Of a stretch of DNA of 64,000 bases, positions 20,959 to 30,663 are shown in pieces. Numbering within the stretch: position 1 is the stretch's first letter; each line of letters starts with the position of its first letter. A program made the translations under genes and the position numbers. The notes under the pieces were generated by a model, which ran no database searches, was not told where the DNA came from, and was given only the letters and a program-made list of their open reading frames with translations. Where the stretch lies: assembly GCA_965242525.1 (NCBI GenBank), contig OZ251459.1:768001-832000 (forward strand), written 5' to 3'. This DNA comes from an uncultured Candidatus Binatia bacterium (GTDB lineage Bacteria > Desulfobacterota > Binatia > UBA9968 > JAJDTQ01).

Positions 20959-21191
20959 GGAACGTCTGATCGATTCCGGCTTGGACTCCATCGCCCTGCG
21001 GGAAAGCGCGTCCTTCGACTTCGCTTCGCTACGCTCAGGACGAACGGAGGACTCCGCTACGCTCAGGATGAACGGAGGACTCTGCTACGCTACGCTTCTT
21101 TCGACTTCGCTACGCGTCCTTCGACTCCGCTACGCTACGCTCAGGACGAACGGGGATTCAGGACGAACGGGGATAATTGTTCGGAGTTTCC
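20959..21191. mobile_element. MITE-like element beta with internally amplified core and 4-bp TSD
   Basis: TTGA|GGAACGTCTGATCGATTCCGGC ... TTGTTCGGAGTTTCC|TTGA; several reshuffled core fragments. Confidence 0.8.
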
Positions 21192-21239
21192 TTGACTGAA
21201 CCGGAGCTTTTTCGTATGGCTGACCGCAGGGGGAACGCC

Positions 21240-21548
21240 ATGCGCAGGACTCACGACATGGGCGGGGACACGGACGCCGGCCCCATCGACCGGTCGCAGC
21301 ACGAGATGGAGGACTGGGAGGTGCTCTCGGACGCGCTGAACCAGGTGCTGGGGGTCAAGGGCATCAAGCGGACGGACGAGACGCGGCGGGCGCGCGAGGA
21401 CATGGACTCGGATGAATACCTGTCCCTGAGCTACTACGAACGCTGGACCGCGAGCCTGGAGACCATCCTGGTGGAGAAGGGGTTCCTGACCCGCGAGGAG
21501 ATCGACAGGAAGGTGCGGGAGCTCGAAGAGCAGTGGGGCGGCCCGTGA
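21240..21548 (+). CDS. Nitrile hydratase beta N-terminal-like subunit (thiocyanate hydrolase beta-like)
   Basis: HDMGG, DETRRAREDM, YLSLSYYERW, LVEKG. Confidence 0.85.
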   Translation: MRRTHDMGGDTDAGPIDRSQHEMEDWEVLSDALNQVLGVKGIKRTDETRRAREDMDSDEYLSLSYYERWTASLETILVEKGFLTREEIDRKVRELEEQWGGP

Positions 21549-21877
21549 GCGCGACGCGGCAGGCAGGGTTCCGGGAAGGGGAGCGGGTGCGGGTGAAGTC
21601 GCACTTCCAGGCGGGGCATGTGCGCACCCCTTTCTACATCAAGGGCAAGACCGGCTGGGTGCAGGACTGCTGGGGCGAGTTCCTCAACCCGGAGTCCTTG
21701 GGACACGGCGGCGACGGACTGCCGCGGGTCCGGCTCTACCGGGTGGGCTTCCACCAGCGGGACGTGTGGGACCGCTACGACGAGGCCGCCCACGACAAGA
21801 TCTTCGTGGACATCTTCGAGCATTGGCTGGAGCCCGTTGCGGACGGGCCGGGCCCGCTCGGGTCGGAAGGAGGTTGA
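21545..21877 (+). CDS. Nitrile hydratase beta C-terminal SH3-like subunit (thiocyanate hydrolase alpha-like)
   Basis: FREGERVRV, GHVRTPFYIKGKTG, LYRVGF, DIFEHWLEP; GTGA overlap with the upstream gene. Confidence 0.85.
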   Translation: MSATRQAGFREGERVRVKSHFQAGHVRTPFYIKGKTGWVQDCWGEFLNPESLGHGGDGLPRVRLYRVGFHQRDVWDRYDEAAHDKIFVDIFEHWLEPVADGPGPLGSEGG

Positions 21878-21879
21878 CC

Positions 21880-22506
21880 ATGGCGCACGAACACGGCCCC
21901 GAGGGCCACGAGCCGGGACCTCGGCACGAGTTGAGCCACTGGGCGAAGCGGGCGTACGCCATGCGCGACCTCCTCATCGAGAAGGGCGTGGTGACCCGGG
22001 AGGACCTGCGGCAGCAGGCCGAGTTCACCGACTCCAAGACCCCGGCCAACGGCGCCCGGCTGGTGGCCCGGGCGTGGACCGACCCCGCGTTCAGGGAGCG
22101 GCTCGTGGCCGAGCCCAAGCAGGCCTGCGCCGAGATGGGCATCGACGCCGCCTCCCTCAACGAGTTCGTGGTGCTGGAGAACACCCGCGAGGTGCGCCAC
22201 GTGGTGGTGTGCACCCTGTGCTCCTGCTATCCGCGGCCCATCCTGGGCAGGCCGCCGGACTGGTACAAGAGCGCCAACTACCGCAAGCGGGCGGTGGTGG
22301 ACCCGCGCGGGGTCATGCGGGAGTTCGGCCTGGAGGTGCCGGACCACGTGGAGGTGCGCGTGCACGACAGCACCGCGGACATGCGCTACCTGGTCATCCC
22401 GGCCCGTCCGTCGGGAACCGAAGGGCTCGGAGTGGAGGAGTTGGAGAAGCTGGTGACCCGGGACAGCATGATCGGCGTCACCGACGCCCTGCCCGCGGCG
22501 CCGTGA
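21880..22506 (+). CDS. Cobalt-type nitrile hydratase alpha / thiocyanate hydrolase gamma-like catalytic subunit
   Basis: VVCTLCSCY Co-type metal motif followed by PRPILG; ARLVARAWTDPAF, LVTRDSMIG; RBS GGAGG. Confidence 0.92.
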   Translation: MAHEHGPEGHEPGPRHELSHWAKRAYAMRDLLIEKGVVTREDLRQQAEFTDSKTPANGARLVARAWTDPAFRERLVAEPKQACAEMGIDAASLNEFVVLENTREVRHVVVCTLCSCYPRPILGRPPDWYKSANYRKRAVVDPRGVMREFGLEVPDHVEVRVHDSTADMRYLVIPARPSGTEGLGVEELEKLVTRDSMIGVTDALPAAP

Positions 22507-22552
22507 ACGCGGCCGCCCTGCACGCGGGTTCCATCGACTGCTCCCGAGACCC

Positions 22553-23728
22553 ATGTTCCACGTTGACCTCTCTCCCTTTGGCGTGGACGTCGAACGCCTC
22601 CGGCGCGACCGCCTGCACCGTTTGCAGCGAGTCATGCGGGCGCACGGCCTGGGGGCGTTGCTGCTCACCGACCCGTTGAACATCCGCTACGCCACCAACA
22701 CGGTGCTGTGGCTCAACCTGCGGGCCACCGGCGTGCAGCGGTTCGCGCTGGCGCCGGCCGAGGGCAGTCCTGTGGTCTTCGAGCGGCTGTTCGGGAGCGA
22801 GCGCGCCGCGGGCCTCGAGAAGGAAGCCTCGGTCCGGGGTTTCGGATCGTACATGTTCGGCATGCGGCCGCCCGTGGCCACGGAGCATTTCGCCGACCTG
22901 GTGGCGGACGGGCTGGCGCAGATGGGCATGTCCGGGGAGCGGGTCGGGGTCGATGCGTTGTGCCTCACCGCGGTGGATCTCTTGCGCAACAAGGGCTTCG
23001 GTGTAGTGGACGGGCTGCCCGCGGTAGGGGAGGCGCGCCAGGTGAAGACCGTGGACGAGGTGCAGCTCATCCGCTGGACCACCCGCGCCAAGGAACGAGG
23101 TTACGACCTGGTGCGCGAGGCGGTCCGAAAGCCGCCGGTCCTGGAAGAGCGCCTCAGCCGCATGATGCTCGAATACCTGCTGGAACAGGGGTTCGAGGCG
23201 GGCAGCGAGTTCATCTCCATATTCGATTCCTCGCAGATGGCGGTCCGGCCCCACCGGGAGCCCATGGGCATGGACCTGGTGATGACCGAAGGCGATCTGG
23301 TCATCTGCGACGCCACCGTGGCCGGTCCCGGCGGCTACTACAGCGACTTCGCGCGGACCTTTTGCCACGGCGCCCCCTCCCGGGCGGACAGGGACCGCTA
23401 CGCGGAAGCGTACGCCACCCTGCAGGAGGCTCTGGACTACGTGGAGCCGGGTCCGTGCGCCGCGCTCTTCGAGCGCTTCGGGCGCGCCGCAACCGGCCGT
23501 CTGCCGGGCCTGGACGGCTTCCACGGCGTGGGGCTGTGCATTTACGAGGCCCCCTGGCTACGGGGATTCGACCCGCCGGAGTACCAGGTCTCCCTGGAGG
23601 AGAACATGATCCTCGCCCTGGAGGTCAACCACCACCCGGTGAAGCTCGAGCACCTGCTGCGGGTCACCGCCGACGGCGCCGAGGTCCTCTCCACCTACCC
23701 CATGGAACCCGAGCTGCGCCCGGCATAG
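22553..23728 (+). CDS. M24 family metallohydrolase (Xaa-Pro peptidase/creatinase fold)
   Basis: VKTVDE; candidate ligands in ICD, YSD, FHGVG, ALE, KLE. Confidence 0.85.
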   Translation: MFHVDLSPFGVDVERLRRDRLHRLQRVMRAHGLGALLLTDPLNIRYATNTVLWLNLRATGVQRFALAPAEGSPVVFERLFGSERAAGLEKEASVRGFGSYMFGMRPPVATEHFADLVADGLAQMGMSGERVGVDALCLTAVDLLRNKGFGVVDGLPAVGEARQVKTVDEVQLIRWTTRAKERGYDLVREAVRKPPVLEERLSRMMLEYLLEQGFEAGSEFISIFDSSQMAVRPHREPMGMDLVMTEGDLVICDATVAGPGGYYSDFARTFCHGAPSRADRDRYAEAYATLQEALDYVEPGPCAALFERFGRAATGRLPGLDGFHGVGLCIYEAPWLRGFDPPEYQVSLEENMILALEVNHHPVKLEHLLRVTADGAEVLSTYPMEPELRPA

Positions 23729-23831
23729 GCCGCTGTCGGCGTGCTCGTGGATATTGGCAAGGACAACCCGCGCTTCATTACCTGCTACGTCAAGAGGGGT
23801 TCTGTCGTACCGAAGAAAGAGGACGATTGAC

Positions 23832-24056
23832 ATGACTCATGGGCGACAACCCAAGCTGTTGGACGTTGTAGCGGTACTGCGCAGCTCGGAGGATCGGGAG
23901 ATCCAGGTGGGCGACGTGGGAACCGTGGTCGACCTGTCTCCTCTCGGCGGTCTGGAGATCGAGTTCCTGGACCGTGACGGTTGGACTCGACACGTTGGCA
24001 CGCTCTCCAAGGACGACGTCCTCGTTCTCAACCGGGAACGGACTCGCGTTGCATGA
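23832..24056 (+). CDS. DUF4926-like small protein
   Basis: KLLDVVAVL...GDVGTVV...EIEFLDRDG. Confidence 0.75.
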   Translation: MTHGRQPKLLDVVAVLRSSEDREIQVGDVGTVVDLSPLGGLEIEFLDRDGWTRHVGTLSKDDVLVLNRERTRVA

Positions 24057-24090
24057 GCGTGGCGGGCCGGGTGGGAGGGACCGCGACGGG

Positions 24091-25002
24091 CTACGGGTGT
24101 AGCGGCTTCAGCCAGCGCGCTAGCAGGCCCGGATGAATCCCTTGTAGCTCCTTGCGCTTCTGGATGTCCTGGACGTCCGCGGCCAGGGCGAGAGCGAGGT
24201 CGAAGGCGCGTTCGGGCGGGCTGGCGCCGCCTCGGGGGGCGGCGGCGCGGGCGATGCCCGGGTCCCGGAGCGCCATCCACGCCGGAAACCAGGGCGGGGA
24301 CATGGGCGGCTCCAGGTCCTCGTCCAGCGCCTTCCTCCAAGCCTCCTTCAGGGACTCGTCCGGGAACCCTTCCTGCTCCACCATCGTTTCGAAGTGCGCC
24401 GGCGCCTGCCAGCACAGCGTGAACCACAGCTCCAACGCGGCCGTTCGGCGGTGCAGCCGGTGTTCGGCTTCGGCGAGCCGGTGCAGCAGCACGGGCTCGG
24501 AGCGGGACCCGGCCGCGCTTCGCGCCGTGCGCCGGACGCTCTCCCAGTCCAAGCCCTTGCGGTAGGCCCAACTCGCATGGCGACGAGGCCGGTGCGGGTC
24601 GAAGGCGGCGCCTTCGAGGGCGTGGCCGACCGCGCGCCACAGGGGCGCCAGGAACTCTTCCGCGGCGTCCGGCCACAGGGCCCGCGCCGCGGGTTCCCAT
24701 GCCCGTTCCAGGGTATCGAGGCGCGCCGCGGCCTCGCTTTCGTCCCGGGGAGCGGGCGCGCTCAGGGCTTCGATCAACGCCGCGGCGCGGGGCAGCGCCG
24801 GGTGGCGCGGGTCGATGCCGCGCAGCCGTTCCCGCAGGGTCCCGGCCAAGGCCGCGTCGCCGCGCCACAAGGCGTCCCTCAGGTCGTTGACGGCCAGGGT
24901 CTCGGCGGTGTCGAGGAACAGGTCGAGTTGGGCCGGGTTCCCCGCGTCCGGGGCGGCATGGCGCACGGTCAACGTCTCAGGCGGTTCCACGCATTCTTCC
25001 AT
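24091..25002 (-). CDS. Hypothetical all-helical protein
   Basis: RBS GGAGCGG before ATG; long GC-biased frame directly downstream of lipA. Confidence 0.6.
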   Translation of the reverse strand: MEECVEPPETLTVRHAAPDAGNPAQLDLFLDTAETLAVNDLRDALWRGDAALAGTLRERLRGIDPRHPALPRAAALIEALSAPAPRDESEAAARLDTLERAWEPAARALWPDAAEEFLAPLWRAVGHALEGAAFDPHRPRRHASWAYRKGLDWESVRRTARSAAGSRSEPVLLHRLAEAEHRLHRRTAALELWFTLCWQAPAHFETMVEQEGFPDESLKEAWRKALDEDLEPPMSPPWFPAWMALRDPGIARAAAPRGGASPPERAFDLALALAADVQDIQKRKELQGIHPGLLARWLKPLHP

Positions 25003-25021
25003 GGCGCCGCTCCGTCCCGCT

Positions 25022-25930
25022 TCAACCGGGGGTGGCCGTATCCGTTTCCCCGCGGTGGGGAGAGAGGCCTTGCTCCACGAAGGACTCCGCGGCCCGGTAG
25101 GAGCTTCGGACCAGGGGGCCGGCGGACACGTGGCGGAAGCCGAGGCGGCGGCCCTGGTCGGCGTATTCCCGGAACCGGTCGGGGTGCAGGAACTCGGCCA
25201 CGGGGAGGTGCCGCCTGGTGGGCCGGAGGTACTGGCCCAGGGTGAGGATGTCCACGTCACGGGCGCGCAGGTCCTGCATGGCGGTGAGGACTTCCGCGGG
25301 GGTTTCCCCGAGGCCCAGGAGCAGGGCGCTCTTGGTGTAGATGCGCGGGGCCAGGGTCTTGACGTTCCGCAGCACCTGGAGGGTCTGCTCGTAGCCGCAG
25401 CGCGGGTCCCGGGCGTAGCGGGTCAGGCGTCGGACGGTTTCGAGGTTCTGGCCGACGACCCGGGGGGCTGCGTCCACCACTTTCCCGAGGGCGTGGATGT
25501 CGCCGCGAAAGTCCGGGACCAGGGCTTCGACCGTCAACTCCGGGCAGCGGCGGCGGGTCTCGCGGATGGTGTCGGCGAAGGCCCCGGCCCCCCCGTCTTC
25601 GAGGTCGTCCCGGTCCACGGAGGTGATCACCACGTAGCGCAGGTTCATGCGCGCCAGGGCTTCGGCCACCCGCACCGGCTCCTCCGGGTCGAGGGCCGCC
25701 CCGGTCCTGGCGGTCTTGACGGCGCAGAAGCGGCACCCCCGGGTGCATACGTCCCCAAGGATCATGATGGTGGCGGTGCCGGAACTCCAGCACTCGCCGA
25801 TGTTGGGGCACCGGGCTTCCTGGCAGACCGTATGCAGCCGGCGCCGCCGGAAGTCGTCCCGGAGGCGGCTGTACCCGGCGCCGGACGGGAGGCGGACTTT
25901 CAACCAGGGAGGCTTTGCGGCGGCGGGCAT
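25022..25930 (-). CDS. lipA: Lipoyl synthase
   Basis: [21 protein letters not shown] radical-SAM motif, RSSY. Confidence 0.95.
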   Translation of the reverse strand: MPAAAKPPWLKVRLPSGAGYSRLRDDFRRRRLHTVCQEARCPNIGECWSSGTATIMILGDVCTRGCRFCAVKTARTGAALDPEEPVRVAEALARMNLRYVVITSVDRDDLEDGGAGAFADTIRETRRRCPELTVEALVPDFRGDIHALGKVVDAAPRVVGQNLETVRRLTRYARDPRCGYEQTLQVLRNVKTLAPRIYTKSALLLGLGETPAEVLTAMQDLRARDVDILTLGQYLRPTRRHLPVAEFLHPDRFREYADQGRRLGFRHVSAGPLVRSSYRAAESFVEQGLSPHRGETDTATPG

Positions 25931-25991
25931 GGGCAAGGACTACGAACCGTCGATGTTCGGGAGACTCCGGACGATCATCCCCGTTCGTCCT

Positions 25992-27281
25992 TCAAAAGAA
26001 CCCTCCGACGATGGCGTCGCGCCAGAGTCGGCACACCGGCGGGATGATGCCTCGGGGGAGGTCGTCTTCGGTCAGGGACCACGTGTGCACGCCGGCTCCG
26101 AGGGAGACGCAGGCCACCTTGGGGGGAGGGTCCATGGCCCGGAACAGCGCCAGTGAATCGCGGCACCGTCCGAGGGTGACGGTGTCGTCGTTGCGACCGT
26201 GGAGCGAGAGGAACGGGGGCACGGGCTTGACCCCGGGTCCGGACAGCTCCCGCAGGTAGCCCAGGTAGCGGGCCGCGAGCTCCGCTTCCTGGGCCGCGTC
26301 CATCCCCAGGCGGCGCGCGGTGACCCGGGCAGCCTGTTCCAGGGCCGCGGCGCCGTTCTTGTGGACGAAGTCCTCGGCCTTGAACTGGGCGCGCTTCTTG
26401 GCCGTTTCCCACTTCTCCAACGTCAACTCCATCAGCATGGGCAGGCCGTAGCCCTTGTCCTTCAGTCCCTCGTAGAGGTAGCGGGCGGTGTCGCGCCAGG
26501 TGCGCAGCCGCAGGTGGTTGAAGGGCAGGTTCCACTGGTCGCCGGTGACCGCTGTGTAGATGTAGCCGAAGGAGGACGAGCCGTAGCCCAGTATCCCGGC
26601 CACGTTGGCCACGCGCTGGGCCGCGATCATGGCGAAAGGCCCGCCGGTGGAATGGCCGTGGACGTAGAGGGCGTATTCCGGTTCGGGGAACTCCCGGCGG
26701 CAGCTCTCGCGCATGGCTTCGTCGAAGGCCACCGGCCACGCGGCCATGCGGTGGTAGAACTCGGTGCCTTCCCTGGCCACCAGCGACAGCACGGCGCCGT
26801 AGCTGGTCCGCCGGGAGTCGTCCCGGGCCACCTCGTACTGGTCGGGGGTGATGCGCGTCTCACGGGTCCACAGGGGCGTCCGGCCGGCGCCGTCGGCCTC
26901 CAGGGTGTCCCCGGGCCAGTCCCTGGAAGGGTCCGTCAGGTAGAGGCGTCCGGGGAAGGTCATCAGCGTCACCTTGAAGCCGAACTTCCCGGCCAGCATC
27001 CGCGCCACCGGGTCCAGGGACTTGTAGTCCGACGTGCCGCCGTGCAGCAGGAAGACGCCCGCGAGCCTTCCGTCCGGGGCCCGGGGCGCCTGCGCGGGGT
27101 CCGCGGGGACATGGGTCATGGTCCCGATGTCCCAGTCCATGTCCAGGGCGCGGATCCGGAACACGTCCTCCCGGCTCCGGATGGGCAGGTCGGGCAGGGC
27201 CAGGGTGCGCCGGGAAAGCTCCACCACCTCGTCACGGGAGAGGGTTTCGGGAGGAGTCCAGGAGTCGGTCCGCGGGGACAT
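25992..27281 (-). CDS. Alpha/beta-hydrolase-fold protein of unknown substrate
   Basis: LLHGG, GHSTGG nucleophile elbow, HGRNDD, GVH. Confidence 0.7.
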   Translation of the reverse strand: MSPRTDSWTPPETLSRDEVVELSRRTLALPDLPIRSREDVFRIRALDMDWDIGTMTHVPADPAQAPRAPDGRLAGVFLLHGGTSDYKSLDPVARMLAGKFGFKVTLMTFPGRLYLTDPSRDWPGDTLEADGAGRTPLWTRETRITPDQYEVARDDSRRTSYGAVLSLVAREGTEFYHRMAAWPVAFDEAMRESCRREFPEPEYALYVHGHSTGGPFAMIAAQRVANVAGILGYGSSSFGYIYTAVTGDQWNLPFNHLRLRTWRDTARYLYEGLKDKGYGLPMLMELTLEKWETAKKRAQFKAEDFVHKNGAAALEQAARVTARRLGMDAAQEAELAARYLGYLRELSGPGVKPVPPFLSLHGRNDDTVTLGRCRDSLALFRAMDPPPKVACVSLGAGVHTWSLTEDDLPRGIIPPVCRLWRDAIVGGFF

Positions 27282-27312
27282 GGAAGGGGCTCCGGGCGCG
27301 GGCGTTCGGGGT

Positions 27313-28611
27313 TCAGGTTCCGAGCAGCCCCGGTTGTCCGTGGTAGTAGAGTCCGGCCAGGGCGCCGGTCATGAGGGTCGCGAGGGTGGCGCCCACCAGG
27401 GCCGGGAGCCCCAACGACGCGAGCTCGTCGCGCCGGCCCGGGGCCAGGGCCGCGATGCCGCCCACGAAGATCCCCACCGAGGCCAGGTGGGCAAAGCCGC
27501 ACAGGGCGTACGACAGGATCAACAGGGTGCGCGGCGACACCGTTCCGGCCAGCTTGCCCAGATCCTGGTAGGCCACCACTTCGGTGAGGATCACGCGTTC
27601 CCCCAGGAGGCGGCCCGCGGCCACGGTGTCCGCGCCGTCCAGGCCCAGGAGCCAGGCCAGGGGCGTGAACAGCCATCCCAGGGCGCGACGCAGGTGGACG
27701 GGTCCGTCCAGGACCTCGCTCAGCGGGGCGGTGAGCTTGACCAAGCCGTAGTCCACCAGCGCCACCACCCCCAGCACCGCGATGAGCAGCGTGGCAATGC
27801 CCGCGGCCAGCTTGAGTCCTTCCCAGGAGCCGTCCATGAGCGCGGCCATGGTGTTCTGCTTGCGCGGTTCGTCGGACGCGGGGGGCACCGAGCCGCCGGT
27901 CTCCGGCGTCCGGGTCTCGGGCAGTATCAGCTTGGAGGCCAGCACCGCGGCCGGAATGGACATGACCGAGGCGGACACCAGGTGGCCGGCGATGAGCGGG
28001 AAGCCGTCCTTCAGGAACAGCACGTACAGGGCCAGGGTGGTGGAGGCCACCGTGGACATGCCGCAGGTCATCAGGGTGAGCAGTTCCGACCGGGTCATGC
28101 GGTCCAGGAACGGGCGCACGGTCATGGCCGACTCGACGCCGATGAAGATGTTGGACGAACCGGCCAGGGCCTCGGCGCCCGACAGCCCCAGGGTGCGGTG
28201 GAACAGCGCCGCGAAGGCCCTCACCACCAGTTGCAGGACGCCCAGGTGGTAGAGCGCGGCCATGAGCGCGGCAAAGAATATGACCGCGGGGAACACCTGC
28301 GCGGCCAGCACGAAGCCCACCGACTGGGCGCCGCCCGCGGTGGTCTGCCCCGGGTTGAGGGCCAGCGGGCCGAAGAGAAAACGCGCGCCCTCGTTGCCCG
28401 CGGCGAGCAGGGCGATGACCGCGTCGTTGATCCAGATGAGGGCGGTGCGGGTCCACGGCGCCCAGAACACCACCGCCCCGAGGACGAGCATGAGGCCCCC
28501 GGAGGCGAGCACCGGGCGCCAGGGAACGGGACGCCGGAACCCCCCTGCGGCCCAGGCCAGCAAGGCGAGCGCCACGAGGCCTGCCAACGAACCCAGGTTG
28601 AGCCAACTCAT
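27313..28611 (-). CDS. NupC/CNT family nucleoside transporter
   Basis: AGNEGARFLFG, NIFIG, TEVVAY, YALCGFAH. Confidence 0.9.
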   Translation of the reverse strand: MSWLNLGSLAGLVALALLAWAAGGFRRPVPWRPVLASGGLMLVLGAVVFWAPWTRTALIWINDAVIALLAAGNEGARFLFGPLALNPGQTTAGGAQSVGFVLAAQVFPAVIFFAALMAALYHLGVLQLVVRAFAALFHRTLGLSGAEALAGSSNIFIGVESAMTVRPFLDRMTRSELLTLMTCGMSTVASTTLALYVLFLKDGFPLIAGHLVSASVMSIPAAVLASKLILPETRTPETGGSVPPASDEPRKQNTMAALMDGSWEGLKLAAGIATLLIAVLGVVALVDYGLVKLTAPLSEVLDGPVHLRRALGWLFTPLAWLLGLDGADTVAAGRLLGERVILTEVVAYQDLGKLAGTVSPRTLLILSYALCGFAHLASVGIFVGGIAALAPGRRDELASLGLPALVGATLATLMTGALAGLYYHGQPGLLGT

Positions 28612-28805
28612 GTCAGTGTGCGGGCATCCGGTCGGGCCGCGGTATCGTATGAGAGCACGCGCAATGCACGGCGGGCCGCGGTTCCTCCTGGGGAAATACG
28701 CCGCACGCAAGTTGACCGCGCTTCGCGGCCGGCCAAGCTCCTGCGCGGAGGTTCGCCGCGGCGCCAGTCTGGATCGACTAAACAGCATGTCGCCGGCAAA
28801 GTCAA

Positions 28806-28875
28806 GGAACGTTCGATCGATTCCGGCTGGAATTCCCTCTCCCTGTGGGGAAGCGCGTCCTTCGACTTTGCTTGT
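28806..28875. mobile_element. Truncated MITE-like element beta
   Basis: GGAACGTTCGATCGATTCCGGC ... GCGTCCTTCGACTT, then breaks off. Confidence 0.6.
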
Positions 28876-28887
28876 TCGGTCGGGAAG

Positions 28888-30663
28888 TTACCAGACTACG
28901 CCCACGCCCCCGCGAACGCTCGCGTCGTCGCCGCTGGCAAGGGCTGCTCCCGCGTTGACGAACACGTGGCGCCCGACCCGGGCGCTCATGCCGATGGCCA
29001 GGGCCTGCTCGCTGTTGTAGTGGCCCGCGCCCACCCCAAGGAAGAACCGGTTGTCCCCCGGCACCACGTTGGGCAACGCGCTCAAGGCCGCTGACATGGC
29101 AGTGGCCTTGTTCAGCCGGTCGCTGAGCGAGGTCATTCGCTCCTCCACTCCCGCCAACCGCCGGTCCATTCCCGTCAGGTCACTGAAGTCCAGAGTGCGC
29201 AGGCGCACCGAGCCGTCCCGGTTGGTGTCCTGCACCACCACCCGCCGCTGTTCTGCGGTTTCCGGCGCCTCGGGACCCGAACCGATGGCGGGAGCCTTCT
29301 CGTAGTCGGCAGCGTCCGTCCGGGTCCCGAGGTCCCGGTTCAGGGGGGTCACCTCGGAGGAAAGCACTGCGGCGCCCCGCAGGGAGGCGCTCCGGGAAGG
29401 TTTCGGTACCTTGTCAGTGTCAGGGGAGGGTTCGGGGTCAGGGGAGTTGTCAGTGTCAGGGGAGGAGGTTGCGGCCTGCGTGGAGAGCCGCCCCTGGCTG
29501 TCCACGGTCACCACCCGGGTCCCTGAAGTGTGGGTGGTCTTGACCAAGCCCGGCAACTTGTAGGTATGCGTACTGGCGCCGACCACCACCTCGTTCAGTG
29601 CGGCCGAGACTCCCGAGCCGATGGCGATGCCCTTGGTCCCGGTAGCCCTCGCGTTCCGGCCGATGGCGATGCCTTCGGTCCCGGTAGCGGTAGCCGACGC
29701 GCCCCAGCCCAGCCCGATGCTGTCCGTGCCGGTAGCCGAGGCCGACCGGCCCACGGCGATACTGTTCAGGCCCGTAGCCCCAGCGTGTGCGCCCACGGCG
29801 ACGCCGCCGTTATGGGTGGCTCTGGAATAGCTCCCCAATGCCATGGCGCCACCGACTGAGTTAGCACGGTTGCCCAACGACATACCGCCATTAGCGTCAG
29901 AGAAGCGGCCCAAGGCGATTCCTTGCCCACGGGCTTGGGCGTTCCTTCCTATTGCAATCCCGGCGTTGGCGTTGGCGTCTGCGCCTATGGCTATGGACTT
30001 CCAACTGGAGGCTCGGGACAGCAGACCGATGGCGACGGTGCCCCGATCCGTTGCCTCGGCTCCATTGCCGATGGCAATGGCGTTGTACTCTGTTGCCTTG
30101 GCGTTCTTGCCCACGGCCGTATTACTGGTTCCAGGGGTCTTCTCTACAGGGTCTGGAAGGTTATCGTCACTCAAGGGGCTGGTCTCTGTGTTATGCTCTT
30201 CGAGATCGGTGACAAGGTACACCTTGTCCTTGTTCTCAAGGTAGGCATAGAGTCGGGTGGTGCGTCGCGAGACCGATTCGGCAAGATAGTCTGCAGCATC
30301 GTCATACGACTTGATCAGTTTTTCGTCGTTCAGGGTGTGGGTCCTATGGAACGTTTCCAGGTCCCTCCGCCTAAGGGTGTATTCTCCGATCTTGACGTCG
30401 ATGTAGCCATGGCGGTGCCCAGGCTTAACTTCAAGGTATTTGCCGACGTTGTCGAATTCCGGGGGGGAGGGCGTGTCATCGGCGCCTTCTCCGAGCTTGA
30501 GCGCCCAGGCCGGAGAGGCGGCGAAGCAGGAGAGGGCGAGCAGGAGGGACAGGACAGCGGCGGCAATGCGCCGGCGAGGCCGCACGGGGGTTGGACTTGG
30601 GAGGGGGATGCGGCGGTCAGGGGCTACACGGTCGGAATCATTCGTCATGTGCTTCGGGTGCAT
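28888..30663 (-). CDS. YadA-like trimeric autotransporter adhesin
   Basis: Signal peptide (...SPAWA), many AIAIG/A.A head repeats, coiled stalk, anchor ATAMSAAL...GVGAGHY...GVGVVW; RBS AAGGAGG. Confidence 0.9.
   Translation of the reverse strand: MHPKHMTNDSDRVAPDRRIPLPSPTPVRPRRRIAAAVLSLLLALSCFAASPAWALKLGEGADDTPSPPEFDNVGKYLEVKPGHRHGYIDVKIGEYTLRRRDLETFHRTHTLNDEKLIKSYDDAADYLAESVSRRTTRLYAYLENKDKVYLVTDLEEHNTETSPLSDDNLPDPVEKTPGTSNTAVGKNAKATEYNAIAIGNGAEATDRGTVAIGLLSRASSWKSIAIGADANANAGIAIGRNAQARGQGIALGRFSDANGGMSLGNRANSVGGAMALGSYSRATHNGGVAVGAHAGATGLNSIAVGRSASATGTDSIGLGWGASATATGTEGIAIGRNARATGTKGIAIGSGVSAALNEVVVGASTHTYKLPGLVKTTHTSGTRVVTVDSQGRLSTQAATSSPDTDNSPDPEPSPDTDKVPKPSRSASLRGAAVLSSEVTPLNRDLGTRTDAADYEKAPAIGSGPEAPETAEQRRVVVQDTNRDGSVRLRTLDFSDLTGMDRRLAGVEERMTSLSDRLNKATAMSAALSALPNVVPGDNRFFLGVGAGHYNSEQALAIGMSARVGRHVFVNAGAALASGDDASVRGGVGVVW

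Noticed and set aside
20959-21191. Possible CRISPR array from reiterated CGCTACGCTCAGGACGAACGG units (also 37005-37085 and 51976-52032)
   Set aside because: No constant repeat length with unique spacers, no cas genes; units are fragments of the dispersed repeat or simple tandems
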